Assembly: GCA_021734105.1 (NCBI GenBank)
Contig: JAIPJP010000003.1
Span: 1-59,104, forward strand
DNA: 59,104 bases
Direction: 5' to 3'
From: Candidatus Woesearchaeota archaeon
Lineage (GTDB): Archaea > Nanobdellota > Nanobdellia > Woesearchaeales > SKGA01
The position numbers were made by a program, and so were the translations under genes. Below are positions 30,501-38,543 of this stretch, in pieces (the stretch's first letter is position 1; each line of letters starts with the position of its first letter). The notes under the pieces are model-generated. The model did not search any database. It had not been told where the DNA came from and was given only the letters and a program-made list of their open reading frames with translations.

Positions 30501-30667
30501 CAGACCTTAAACCTGATTGGAACTTATATCTACAAAAAAACCAAGGAAGACTACGAAATCTTCTTTATTCACTAGTAGGCGATGCAATAGAAGGAGTATT
30601 TGAAGAAAACCACAAAACAAGTTCTATTGATAGTATGGTTAAACAATTACAAAAACGAGTTTTCTAA
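27587..30667 (+). CDS. Family B DNA polymerase-like protein with intact 3'-5' exonuclease motifs but degenerate polymerase motifs
   Basis: Exo I is YLDIEIP, Exo II is AYNGRFDFIKL, the inter-exo segment is KKLDLVAKVMLG, and Exo III is YVIDDVQ. The motif A region reads IAEPGLYNNVHLAFLRYGHA (no DxxSLYPS). The motif C region reads YMYGDKTSF instead of YGDTDS. Confidence 0.65.
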   Translation: MLERLLTDIRADIQKDRAVLYFRDTGQVHAPLDKHIFVSRDLQPETFKRVQQVLATNPCFADVKVNTFPRSKNKNPFNIIQVTGPPSLGKQLREEFGKTIFSTKNYTQTARARFGNESTIVTMPKSIAETITLAKTHNQQVRLLEQKIRMQLPDKKKGQQTRIINSLHQASQEQNVLDKNSQEYKLTKHLSTDILQDFEKIQQLRTTLAQQEHISLQRQKNQTLEVILNDATQLKPKQQLDYNNCLNQSWAYLDIEIPLFRKEKPEISWVEIHYETDGQTYKEELHTLSNLGVDIFKGNDIIKYNSEADLVLGVRDALRTQHTYFLVAYNGRFDFIKLREAEELNNHDENFTPDEEGYSEPVHEASTRFFERIGIKSRAIIDLLRFAQVQYHFLPNKKLDLVAKVMLGQDAFSKSITYDEMEELEQIAQRYKKIKNKKNIEHALALTGKTIKDTLEESQAAARKIASYVIDDVQIMPQIKRSHAFDNYLKRVTFFANEFKIPFEHLAYSERALLKVNERFFLQRTKTEKDMVFFSQKDARKKYADAKQYFRTILNEKRNFIAEPGLYNNVHLAFLRYGHALQNIITRTIPEANIVFSEKARSKEDSYLLSRYGNVFADWMIADYAEIYKLCKVSLREEEKIEKKYPSFGTWYNQQFWKLWNKSSTIKEKIKKGYIEPKDVIKELHPEIALVAKQESQTTTPQGQMSLFPDQEQPKPLDETNIVQTIAQMINTKQKLNRRKYRFKQEYKATYEEVNGAIGATISMAQDAAKRFGMEIIHQEGPYFYMYGDKTSFEETYPYPVIKTFDNVLITHNATKTKQNMQRSNQRIYYNIFGTFKNMKVVNHPTHYLNVFEMEQFKTFYNHITAKEYKEAIKSIITSYEQLKKQTVPTEKLVLFSKSSERYSALEQGERIYFTTTLPKKTTRDCVGVPIQYYNETEKKFVDLAFDKKYGRPYTLELISQKEKPIYIMQFSDLKPDWNLYLQKNQGRLRNLLYSLVGDAIEGVFEENHKTSSIDSMVKQLQKRVF

Positions 30668-30782
30668 ATAATTGTATTCTACAACTAAACATGACTAGAC
30701 ATAACCCTAACATTTAAAGCAGGTCACCTACTACATAAAATTTATAAAAAAAATCCAACATGATAAACAAAAAGGTGAATAT

Positions 30783-31187
30783 ATGAAATACCCAATCAGT
30801 TTAATTATTATTGCAACACTGTTTCTTGCAGCATGCACGACCACACCAGAAATTATTCTTTATGGAACAAACACCCAAACAACTCAAGAAACAAATACAA
30901 AAATGCAAACAACAACACTTGATGAGTTTGCACAATGTTTAACAGATAATGATGCAACTTTTTATGGTGCATATTGGTGTTCACATTGTAGTAACCAAAA
31001 GAAAACATTTGGTGATGCAATGAAGTATGTAAATTATGTTGAATGTGAAGAAGAAAAACAACAATGTATAAACGCACAAATTACTGCTTATCCGACATGG
31101 ATTATTCAAGGAGAACAATATCTTGGCGGACAAACATTAGAACGATTAAGCGCACTTACAGGATGCAAACTACCAGCACGAAATTAA
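30783..31187 (+). CDS. Thioredoxin-like lipoprotein (VKOR-associated Trx-like domain type)
   Basis: Lipobox-like LFLAAC. Motifs FYGAYWCSHCSNQKK (CxxC), VEC, and AYPTWII..G. Confidence 0.7.
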   Translation: MKYPISLIIIATLFLAACTTTPEIILYGTNTQTTQETNTKMQTTTLDEFAQCLTDNDATFYGAYWCSHCSNQKKTFGDAMKYVNYVECEEEKQQCINAQITAYPTWIIQGEQYLGGQTLERLSALTGCKLPARN

Positions 31188-31380
31188 GTATCACATCCAC
31201 TAATACCGCGATAAATACAAGAAAATTTTTCTTTAGCAAAAAAGTTTCTTCCATTAATAAGAACATATAACAAGCAGTCAATTGTGCAAAAGAGCAAGTA
31301 TAAATTGCACACCTACATAACACTTATAAGTGCTTAAATTACTCACTAGTGTAATAAAAACAAAAAAAGGTATACACAAA

Positions 31381-31944
31381 ATGGTAAAAATAAATGAACA
31401 AGCGCCAGCATTTAGTGCCCAAGTCTATGTCGATAACCAATTCAAAGAACTCTCTCTTACTGAGCAGAAAGGAAAATTTGTTGTTCTCTTTTTTTATCCG
31501 GCAGACTTTACGTTCGTTTGTCCAACAGAATTAGAAGATATGGCAGAACAGTATGAAGAACTTAAAAAACTTAATACAGAAGTTATCTCTGTTTCAACAG
31601 ACACACATTTCGTACATAAAGCATGGCATGATGCAAGCGAAGCAATTAGAAAAATTCAATTTCCCATGGCAGGAGATCCACTCCACACAATCGCAAAAGC
31701 ATACGATGTCTTAAGAGAAAAAGAAGGTTTGGCAGACAGAGCAACAATTATCATTGATCCTGACGGTATCGTTAAAGCAATTGAAATTACTGATGAACCC
31801 ATTGGTCGAAACGCTGAAGAACTCATTAGAAAAATACAGGCACTTGAATATGCTCGAAAACATCCTGGTATAGCATGTCCTGCAAAATGGAAACCTGGTG
31901 AGAAAACACTCAAACCAGGAATTGACTTAGTTGGAAAAATATAA
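31381..31944 (+). CDS. Typical 2-Cys peroxiredoxin (AhpC/Prx1 type)
   Basis: FFYPADFTFVCPTEL. The start is set at MVKINEQAPAF. Confidence 0.9.
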   Translation: MVKINEQAPAFSAQVYVDNQFKELSLTEQKGKFVVLFFYPADFTFVCPTELEDMAEQYEELKKLNTEVISVSTDTHFVHKAWHDASEAIRKIQFPMAGDPLHTIAKAYDVLREKEGLADRATIIIDPDGIVKAIEITDEPIGRNAEELIRKIQALEYARKHPGIACPAKWKPGEKTLKPGIDLVGKI

Positions 31945-32039
31945 GCAGATAATTGCCATGAAGCGTTCAGTGAACTGTCGCTTCGCTTTTTATCTTCTTA
32001 TTTTTATTTTCTTGCAAAACTATTTCGAGGTGAATAACT

Positions 32040-32501
32040 ATGTTAACCATTGGAAAAAAAGCTCCAGCATTTTCTTTGCCAGATAAAGATAACAATAAAA
32101 TTAGTTTAAAATATGTAAAGACAAAATATACCTTAATCTATTTTTATCCAAAAGATAATACGCCTGGTTGTACACTTGAAGCAATTGGATTTAACAAGCT
32201 TAAAACAGAATTTGATAAACTTGGCGTAAGTATTATTGGTATTAGTGGTGGCAATGAAAAAAGTAAAACAACGTTTTGTGAAAAATATAAGCTAGGCATC
32301 ACCTTACTTTCAGACAAAGATTTTACAGTTAGCACCAAGTATGACGTCTACGGCGAAAAGAAATTTATGGGGCAGACATATAAAGGCATTAGCAGATGTA
32401 GTTATCTTCTTGATACCAATAAAAAAATTATTAAAACCTATGAAAACGTAAAAGCTGCAACCCACCATAAAGAAGTTATAATGGATATAAAAGCTCTCTA
32501 A
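32040..32501 (+). CDS. bcp: Peroxiredoxin, Bcp/PrxQ type
   Basis: YFYPKDNTPGCTLEA. Size is 153 aa. A GAGGTGA Shine-Dalgarno site lies upstream. Confidence 0.85.
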   Translation: MLTIGKKAPAFSLPDKDNNKISLKYVKTKYTLIYFYPKDNTPGCTLEAIGFNKLKTEFDKLGVSIIGISGGNEKSKTTFCEKYKLGITLLSDKDFTVSTKYDVYGEKKFMGQTYKGISRCSYLLDTNKKIIKTYENVKAATHHKEVIMDIKAL

Positions 32502-32589
32502 ATAAATAATTCTTAATTTTTCTTATTTTCCTTTAATGGTAACCATTATCATAAATTTTATAAACTACACCTATTTGCTTAAATATAAC

Positions 32590-33114
32590 ATGAACAGAAT
32601 TCAAGTTACTATCATAAAAACGTTGCAAAATAAAACAGAAGATATTACTATTAACCACATCGCAGCAGACGTTGGCGTAGATAGACATACTGCAGCAAAA
32701 CACCTAGCAGCACTAGAAAATTTAGGCATCGTTATGCATCGAGACGTGGGTAAATCAAAAATGTGGAAACTTACGCCCTCGCCACTCCTCTCAATTGTTT
32801 CCTCAGATACACCCATTCGAAAAGAACTTACTAATATGCTCGGACTCTTAGATGAACGAATTAATATTCAAAGTAAAGAATTCGAAATCATCTGGACAAA
32901 CAAAAATGAAGAAGACGTGACAAAAAAATGTTACGAGATTATGGCTCACCAAGGAGAGCAATGCACTGATTGTCCGGTAAAAAAAACATTTGCAACAGGC
33001 ATACAGCAAAAACTTTTGTGCAACAATGTCGAGGTCATTTCTGAACCAGTCAAAGACAATACAGGCGAAACTATCGCCGTAATTAACGTTTTTAAAAATA
33101 AAACAAAAAAATAA
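32590..33114 (+). CDS. Winged-helix transcriptional regulator with C-terminal Cys-containing PAS-like sensor domain
   Basis: The N-terminal INHIAADVGVDRHTAAKHLAALENLGIV is HTH-like. The C-terminal half contains KKCYEIM..GEQCTDCP...LLCNN. The start is set at MNRIQVT. Confidence 0.5.
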   Translation: MNRIQVTIIKTLQNKTEDITINHIAADVGVDRHTAAKHLAALENLGIVMHRDVGKSKMWKLTPSPLLSIVSSDTPIRKELTNMLGLLDERINIQSKEFEIIWTNKNEEDVTKKCYEIMAHQGEQCTDCPVKKTFATGIQQKLLCNNVEVISEPVKDNTGETIAVINVFKNKTKK

Positions 33115-33126
33115 CTAGGGATGTGA

Positions 33127-34281
33127 ATGCAAGAAATATATTTAGATAATAGCGGCACAACAAAAATAGATGATGTTGTAGTTGCAGTAATGATGCCCTA
33201 TTTAGAAAAAGAATATGGTAATCCATCAGCAATTTATTCAAAAGGAATGAGTGCAAAAGACGCAATAGATACTGCGCGAACAATTATTGCACAAAGCATT
33301 AACGCACAACCAGAAGAAATTATTTTTACCTCGGGCGGAACAGAAAGCAATAATTTTGCATTAAAAAGTATCGCGTTCACCAACAGAGATAAAGGCAACC
33401 ACATCATCACAACAAAAACAGAACATAAATGCATCCTAGATAGTTGCAGGTGGCTTTCCAAACAAGGATTCGAAATCACCTACCTTCCAGTTGATAATGA
33501 AGGATTTGTCAGTCTTAAAGCAATTGATAAAGCAATCACCGATAAAACTATACTCGTCTCTATTGCTCACGCAAACAACGAAATAGGAACCATTCAAGAC
33601 CTCGCAGGAATTGGTACCGTCTGCAAAAAACATAACGTCTATTTCCATACTGACGCCTGTCAAAGCTACACTAAAACAATCCTTGACGTTAAAGCACAAC
33701 ATCTTGATTTAGTAACCATTAACGCACATAAAATTCACGGACCAAAAGGAGTCGGTGCACTCTATATTCGAAAAGGCACGCGAATTGAACAATGGCAACA
33801 TGGTGGCGATCAAGAAAATCGCAAACGAGCAGGAACAGAAAACGTACCTGCAATCGTAGGATTTGGTAAAGCCGTAGAAATCGCAAATCATGCAGACATC
33901 AAACAAATAACAACACTTCGCGATTACTTAATTGAACAAATACTTACCATTCCACATGTAAGACTGAACGGTCCAAAAGGAAATGAACGACTATGCAATA
34001 ATGTAAATATTTCATTTCATAGTATCGAAGGAGAAGCGATAGGGGGCTTTTTAGATATTGAACACATTTTTACTTCAACAGGATCGGCATGTGCTGCAAA
34101 AAGTCTTGACCCCAGCCACGTCCTCTTAGCAATTGGACTTACACACGAAGAATGTAATGGGTCATTACGATTAACACTCAGCAAATACACTACAAAACAA
34201 GATATTGACAAAGTCCTTGAAGTACTACCAAACATTGTTCAACGACTACGAGAACTATCGCCAGTGGGGAGGCAGAAATAA
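33127..34281 (+). CDS. Cysteine desulfurase (NifS/IscS class)
   Basis: NAHKIHGPKGVG carries the PLP-binding Lys. TSTGSACAA is the active-site Cys loop. Confidence 0.92.
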   Translation: MQEIYLDNSGTTKIDDVVVAVMMPYLEKEYGNPSAIYSKGMSAKDAIDTARTIIAQSINAQPEEIIFTSGGTESNNFALKSIAFTNRDKGNHIITTKTEHKCILDSCRWLSKQGFEITYLPVDNEGFVSLKAIDKAITDKTILVSIAHANNEIGTIQDLAGIGTVCKKHNVYFHTDACQSYTKTILDVKAQHLDLVTINAHKIHGPKGVGALYIRKGTRIEQWQHGGDQENRKRAGTENVPAIVGFGKAVEIANHADIKQITTLRDYLIEQILTIPHVRLNGPKGNERLCNNVNISFHSIEGEAIGGFLDIEHIFTSTGSACAAKSLDPSHVLLAIGLTHEECNGSLRLTLSKYTTKQDIDKVLEVLPNIVQRLRELSPVGRQK

Positions 34282-34282
34282 T

Positions 34283-34663
34283 ATGTACAAAAATAGCGCA
34301 TTAATACAACGATTTAGATTTCCGCAGTTTGCAGGAGAAATGGAAGATGCAGACGCCATAGGTGAAGTAGGAAATTTCAAATGCGGCGATATCATGAAAA
34401 TATTTATCAAAGTACAAGATAATATCATCACCGACATTACCTTCCAGACCTATGGATGCGTTGCAGCAATCTCCTCAACAGACATGGTCTGTGAAATGGC
34501 CAAAGGCATGACGCTTGATGAGGCAGAGAAACTCACCAGCAAAGACGTAGTTGAAAAACTCGGCGAAGTACCCGAAGTAAAAGTGCACTGCTCGATACTA
34601 GGGACAAACGCGCTTCGCGAAGCAATCAAAAATTATCGAGCACAACAAACAAAGAACGACTAA
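34283..34663 (+). CDS. Fe-S cluster scaffold, IscU/NifU N-terminal type
   Basis: Motifs seen are GNFKCGDIM, TYGCVAAI and HCSIL. The start is set at MYKNS, directly after the nifS stop. Confidence 0.9.
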   Translation: MYKNSALIQRFRFPQFAGEMEDADAIGEVGNFKCGDIMKIFIKVQDNIITDITFQTYGCVAAISSTDMVCEMAKGMTLDEAEKLTSKDVVEKLGEVPEVKVHCSILGTNALREAIKNYRAQQTKND

Positions 34664-34722
34664 AACAATAACCCGTACAAAAAGGATTTGTATGAATGGT
34701 TACAGTTAAGGAGGAAAAGAAC

Positions 34723-35340
34723 ATGACATTTGCATTACCTGAATTAGATTATGAATACGACGCACTAGAACCATACATTGATGCTGAAACGATGAAAATA
34801 CATCACACTAAACATCATCAAGCATACACCAATAAATTTAACGCAGCACTAGAGAACCATCCGGAACTCTTTGAACAAACAGCAGAAGAAATTATTGCAG
34901 ATTTAGCAAGCGTTCCTGAAGGTGTCAAAGGAGCAGTGCAAAACAATGGTGGCGGATATGTAAATCATAAATTATTCTGGCACATTTTAGGAAAAGGAGC
35001 AGAACTAACAGGCGAATTAAAAACAGCAATCGAAAAGGATTTTGGCAGTGTTGAAGAATTCAAAAAACAATTTGAAGATGCAGCAGCAACACAATTCGGT
35101 AGTGGCTGGGCCTGGCTAGTAGTAGACAGAAGTCAGGGAACTGCAAAACTGGTTATCAGTAAAACTTCGAATCAAGATAGTCCTTTAACAGATGGGTTAA
35201 CTCCAATTCTTTGTTTAGATGTCTGGGAACATGCATATTACTTGAAGTATCAAAATAAACGACCAGAGTACATCGAAGCATTTTGGAACGTAGTAAACTG
35301 GAATAATGTTGCAGAATTATACAAAGAAGCAACAGAGTAA
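34723..35340 (+). CDS. Fe/Mn superoxide dismutase
   Basis: Motifs seen are [23 protein letters not shown], and a DVWEHAYYL metal-ligand motif. A GGAGG Shine-Dalgarno site precedes the ATG at 34723. Confidence 0.95.
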   Translation: MTFALPELDYEYDALEPYIDAETMKIHHTKHHQAYTNKFNAALENHPELFEQTAEEIIADLASVPEGVKGAVQNNGGGYVNHKLFWHILGKGAELTGELKTAIEKDFGSVEEFKKQFEDAAATQFGSGWAWLVVDRSQGTAKLVISKTSNQDSPLTDGLTPILCLDVWEHAYYLKYQNKRPEYIEAFWNVVNWNNVAELYKEATE

Positions 35341-35431
35341 AAAAAATTAATTTTTAGACTAATCATCTTTAGAAATATAAAGAAAAAAAAGAAAAATTAT
35401 GAATACAAGTCAGAAACAATTCTCATTCAAT

Positions 35432-35908
35432 TCACATCATAAGCAAAGAAGGATCAGCGCTTGCAACATACATAACTACAGCAATAATTCCAATTGTTCC
35501 TAAAACAATTACTGCAGCGCCAACAATAATTCCTGCAAGAGCAAGACCTCGCCCCTTGTATCTTTTTGGATCATTTTTCACTTTATTTAGACCAATAGCA
35601 CTCAAAATAATGCCAACTGGCGGACCAAAGAATACAATTAAAATATTAAGAAAAGGAATTGCCCAACCAACAAAAGGCGCCACAGCACAGATAAAACCCC
35701 ATAACGCTAATGGATGCAATTCTTTATCAAGACCTGAAGCCTTGTTTCGTTTTGCATACATTTCTGTTGCTTTGTCATGACTAATCATTTGCGAATCATT
35801 CTTCTGCTTTGCCATGCTCGGCTTCGCAGTTTTTGTTACTGCGGCTTTTTTAGTTGCTTTTTTAGTAGATTTCTTAGCAACTTTTTTCGTAGCTTTTTTT
35901 TCAACCAT
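35432..35908 (-). CDS. DUF4190-like small membrane protein with Lys-rich N-terminus
   Basis: A KKATKK repeat tail, followed by two TM hairpins with GIILSAIGL...GRGLALAGIIVG. Confidence 0.6.
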   Translation of the reverse strand: MVEKKATKKVAKKSTKKATKKAAVTKTAKPSMAKQKNDSQMISHDKATEMYAKRNKASGLDKELHPLALWGFICAVAPFVGWAIPFLNILIVFFGPPVGIILSAIGLNKVKNDPKRYKGRGLALAGIIVGAAVIVLGTIGIIAVVMYVASADPSLLMM

Positions 35909-35929
35909 AATATATCACCTAAAACCCAT

Positions 35930-36262
35930 TTATTTAAATTTCACGGCAGTACCAAAAACCATAATCTCGGCAGCACCTTGCGCAATTTGACTTGTTGTGA
36001 ATCGAAGAGCAATAATAGCGTCAGCACCAAGTTCCTCCGCATCCTTATCCATACGCTCAAGCGCTTTTTCTCGAGCATCACCTAACAGCTTCATATAATT
36101 TGTTAGCTCGCCGCCAACCATATTTTTTAGGCCTGCTGCAAAGTCAGCACCAAACCACTTAGCTCGAACACTATTACCGCGCACTACGCCAAGAACCTCG
36201 GCAATTTCCTTATTTGGAACGTAATCCATTGTTGCATGCATCATTGTAAATACCTCATACAA
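35930..36262 (-). CDS. YbjQ/UPF0145 family protein
   Basis: GELTNYMKLLGDAREKALERM..GADAIIALRF..GTAVK is the family signature pattern. Confidence 0.8.
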   Translation of the reverse strand: MYEVFTMMHATMDYVPNKEIAEVLGVVRGNSVRAKWFGADFAAGLKNMVGGELTNYMKLLGDAREKALERMDKDAEELGADAIIALRFTTSQIAQGAAEIMVFGTAVKFK

Positions 36263-36458
36263 AAGAATCGAAGTAAGGAAGTATATAAATTTATGGAAGA
36301 AAGAAGAACAATAAAAACTGAAGAATCTTACTCTTCTTCAGAGAATTTTTAATACTTTGAACACAATGAAAAAAAATAATAAAGAGAAGAGATTTACTCT
36401 TCTTCTGAGAATTTTTTGATTTCGCAAGAAAATCAAAGATTTTCTGCGCACCAAAAAA

Positions 36459-36617
36459 TTATTCCTCTTCGGAAAATTTTTTGATTGCTTCGTAGTTTTC
36501 TACGATTAATTTTGCTTTGTTTTTACCAAAACTAAAAGGCCATTTGCCTTCTGCATCTTTATCGCTCACAAGCTTAATCATCTTATTTCCTTTAAATTCA
36601 CCAAATTCTACTGGCAT
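36459..36617 (-). CDS. Small protein (52 aa), possibly PC4/YdbC-like ssDNA-binding fold
   Basis: The start at MPVEFGEF follows an AGGTGA Shine-Dalgarno site. FSFGKNKAKLIVENYEAIKKF resembles PC4-like small proteins, but the match is weak. Confidence 0.4.
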   Translation of the reverse strand: MPVEFGEFKGNKMIKLVSDKDAEGKWPFSFGKNKAKLIVENYEAIKKFSEEE

Positions 36618-36722
36618 AATATAATCACCTAACAATTTGGGCAAAAAAGACATTTATAAGCTTTATGGCGTTGCAGCCGCTACAACGAGACCTTATTAAA
36701 AAGATTCCTCAAAGATACCCTT

Positions 36723-37253
36723 ATGGCCCAATTAACTGCGAAGCAAGAACGAGGTTATCGCTTTGAAATGCTTGTTTTGGAAGCCTTTAAAGGAATTTCT
36801 GGCATTTACAACCTCATGCATAACGTGGAATACCATAAGGAAAGATGGGTCTATCGCCAAGCAGATATTTCCTACCAAATAGCAACGCCTCAAGGACTAG
36901 AACTCGTGCTTGTTGAAGCAAAAAGCTCACAAGGAGGACCTATTACAAGAAAGCTTCGAGCGGAAGTTACTAAGAACGGACAACTCAATCCCCACATCAC
37001 TACACTTGATCAAGAAATACTTGAGCGACAGGCCTTCGTTGGTGCACAACAAAGTATTGCCATCACAAACACATATTTTAACAAAGAATTTGTGCGAGCA
37101 GCACTGGACCAAGGAATCTACGTTATTGACCACAAATGGCTCGAGAGTATATTTGCAAGTCAAGGAAAAAGTTATGGCAGTGTTGAGCGCGCAATAAATA
37201 GTATTCACTTAAACGGTCAAGTCAGCCAGAAAAATATTATTTACATTCCTTAA
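36723..37253 (+). CDS. PD-(D/E)xK nuclease-like (Mrr/NERD-like) protein
   Basis: YRQADISYQ...LELVLVEAKSS fits a D...ExK catalytic arrangement. Confidence 0.45.
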   Translation: MAQLTAKQERGYRFEMLVLEAFKGISGIYNLMHNVEYHKERWVYRQADISYQIATPQGLELVLVEAKSSQGGPITRKLRAEVTKNGQLNPHITTLDQEILERQAFVGAQQSIAITNTYFNKEFVRAALDQGIYVIDHKWLESIFASQGKSYGSVERAINSIHLNGQVSQKNIIYIP

Positions 37254-37354
37254 ACGTATTGCGAAGATTTATTCTCACTCTGCTCGAAATGCCAATCGTT
37301 AAACAAGAATATTTTGCACAACTTACGTTGCACAAAATTAGTTTAACTTATTTC

Positions 37355-37366
37355 TACTTCAAGGCA
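37355..37366 (+). promoter_or_regulatory. Copy 3 of TACTTCAAGGCA, about 44 nt upstream of a TATA-like TTCTTATATC
   Basis: Identical 12-mer. TATTGCGAAG lies 98 nt upstream (37257-37266). Confidence 0.45.
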
Positions 37367-37468
37367 ATACTACTTGCAAAGGTGTTGTTTTCTTTACTAC
37401 TGCGCTTTCTTATATCTCTCATTTTGTTTACTACATCTACAACACCCTAACATGTGGAGGTAACAACT

Positions 37469-38161
37469 ATGGGAAAAGTAAAAAATTTACTTGTGGCAGG
37501 GGGCATCACATTAGGCGCATTAGGACTCACCTATTTAGGAGAGAAGACGCAACCAGTAACCAAACTCACAGAAGCAATCAAATTTCATAATGTAGCAGCC
37601 TCGCCAAGCACGCCAGAAAATTATAAATTATGGCACGTAGAAGTACTTAAAGACCAAAACAACGATGCTGTAGTCAGTTTTACTGATGATAGTACGAGCT
37701 ATTTCTTACATAAAGAATTAGGACCAGTAAGTAAAGAAGAAGCACTACAGTATGAAGCAATTAAAAACAAACCAGCAGCAGAAGGAACACCGCAAGACTT
37801 TCTTAACGGCGACATCGCATACAAGATTAACGAGCAGGGAAGAGTTGAAATGTATTTTGGCAACAAAGCAACCAGACAATACTGGCAAGTAAACTCGAAC
37901 TGGACAGCAGGCGATTTTGGTGAACGAATTGATGATATCTTTGAACGACTTGCTCGAGGACCAAAGTGGACTGCAGCAACAGAACAAAAAATCAAAGAAA
38001 AAGCAATAGAAGGTTGGGAGAAAGCAGACTCTCTTTATCAACAGAAAAAAGACCAGATTACGTCAGGAGATTCACTTACAAAACAGAATTTCTGGGATAA
38101 AATCAAAGAAACAACAATAGAATCGTATGAAAACGTTAAAGGAGTGTTTGAAAAGAAGTAG
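37469..38161 (+). CDS. N-terminally membrane-anchored protein (operon gene 1)
   Basis: GGAGGT Shine-Dalgarno site 8 nt upstream. A TM segment LLVAGGITLGALGLTYL is followed by a soluble domain with no recognised family. Confidence 0.6.
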   Translation: MGKVKNLLVAGGITLGALGLTYLGEKTQPVTKLTEAIKFHNVAASPSTPENYKLWHVEVLKDQNNDAVVSFTDDSTSYFLHKELGPVSKEEALQYEAIKNKPAAEGTPQDFLNGDIAYKINEQGRVEMYFGNKATRQYWQVNSNWTAGDFGERIDDIFERLARGPKWTAATEQKIKEKAIEGWEKADSLYQQKKDQITSGDSLTKQNFWDKIKETTIESYENVKGVFEKK

Positions 38162-38236
38162 TAAGCGCTACTGCGCTTTTTGATATATACATAAAACAAT
38201 ACACTACATAAGAACATTTGCACGGAGGCAAACAAA

Positions 38237-38542
38237 ATGGGATTAATTGGAAAAGTTTTAACGGGAACTGCACTTGTTGCAGGAGGTATCGTTGTCGGTA
38301 CCGGTTTAGCAAAGGATAACGACTATAAAATCACGCGAAGTGGTGATGACGTCTTCTTAAAAGATAGAGACACTAAAAAAGAATATGTACTCACCAGAAC
38401 AGAAGGAGAAACATACATGGGCAATGCAACACATAACTTTGAAGGAGCATTCGTTCTTGGAAGTCAAGAAATTACAAAAGGAACAGTGAGTGCTGATTCA
38501 TTAAAGAAATCATTCATGGACGTTTACCAAGGAGGTAAGTAA
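38237..38542 (+). CDS. Small N-terminally membrane-anchored protein (operon gene 2)
   Basis: TM segment VLTGTALVAGGIVVGTGL. The stop is 1 nt before the next ATG. Confidence 0.55.
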   Translation: MGLIGKVLTGTALVAGGIVVGTGLAKDNDYKITRSGDDVFLKDRDTKKEYVLTRTEGETYMGNATHNFEGAFVLGSQEITKGTVSADSLKKSFMDVYQGGK

Positions 38543-38543
38543 G

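Noticed and set aside
36320-36485. Possible mini-CRISPR array, given three similar 25-nt segments spaced about 60-65 nt apart.
   Set aside because: The copies are degenerate rather than identical. They correspond to the coding 3' end of the adjacent gene. There are only three, and no cas genes occur in the window.
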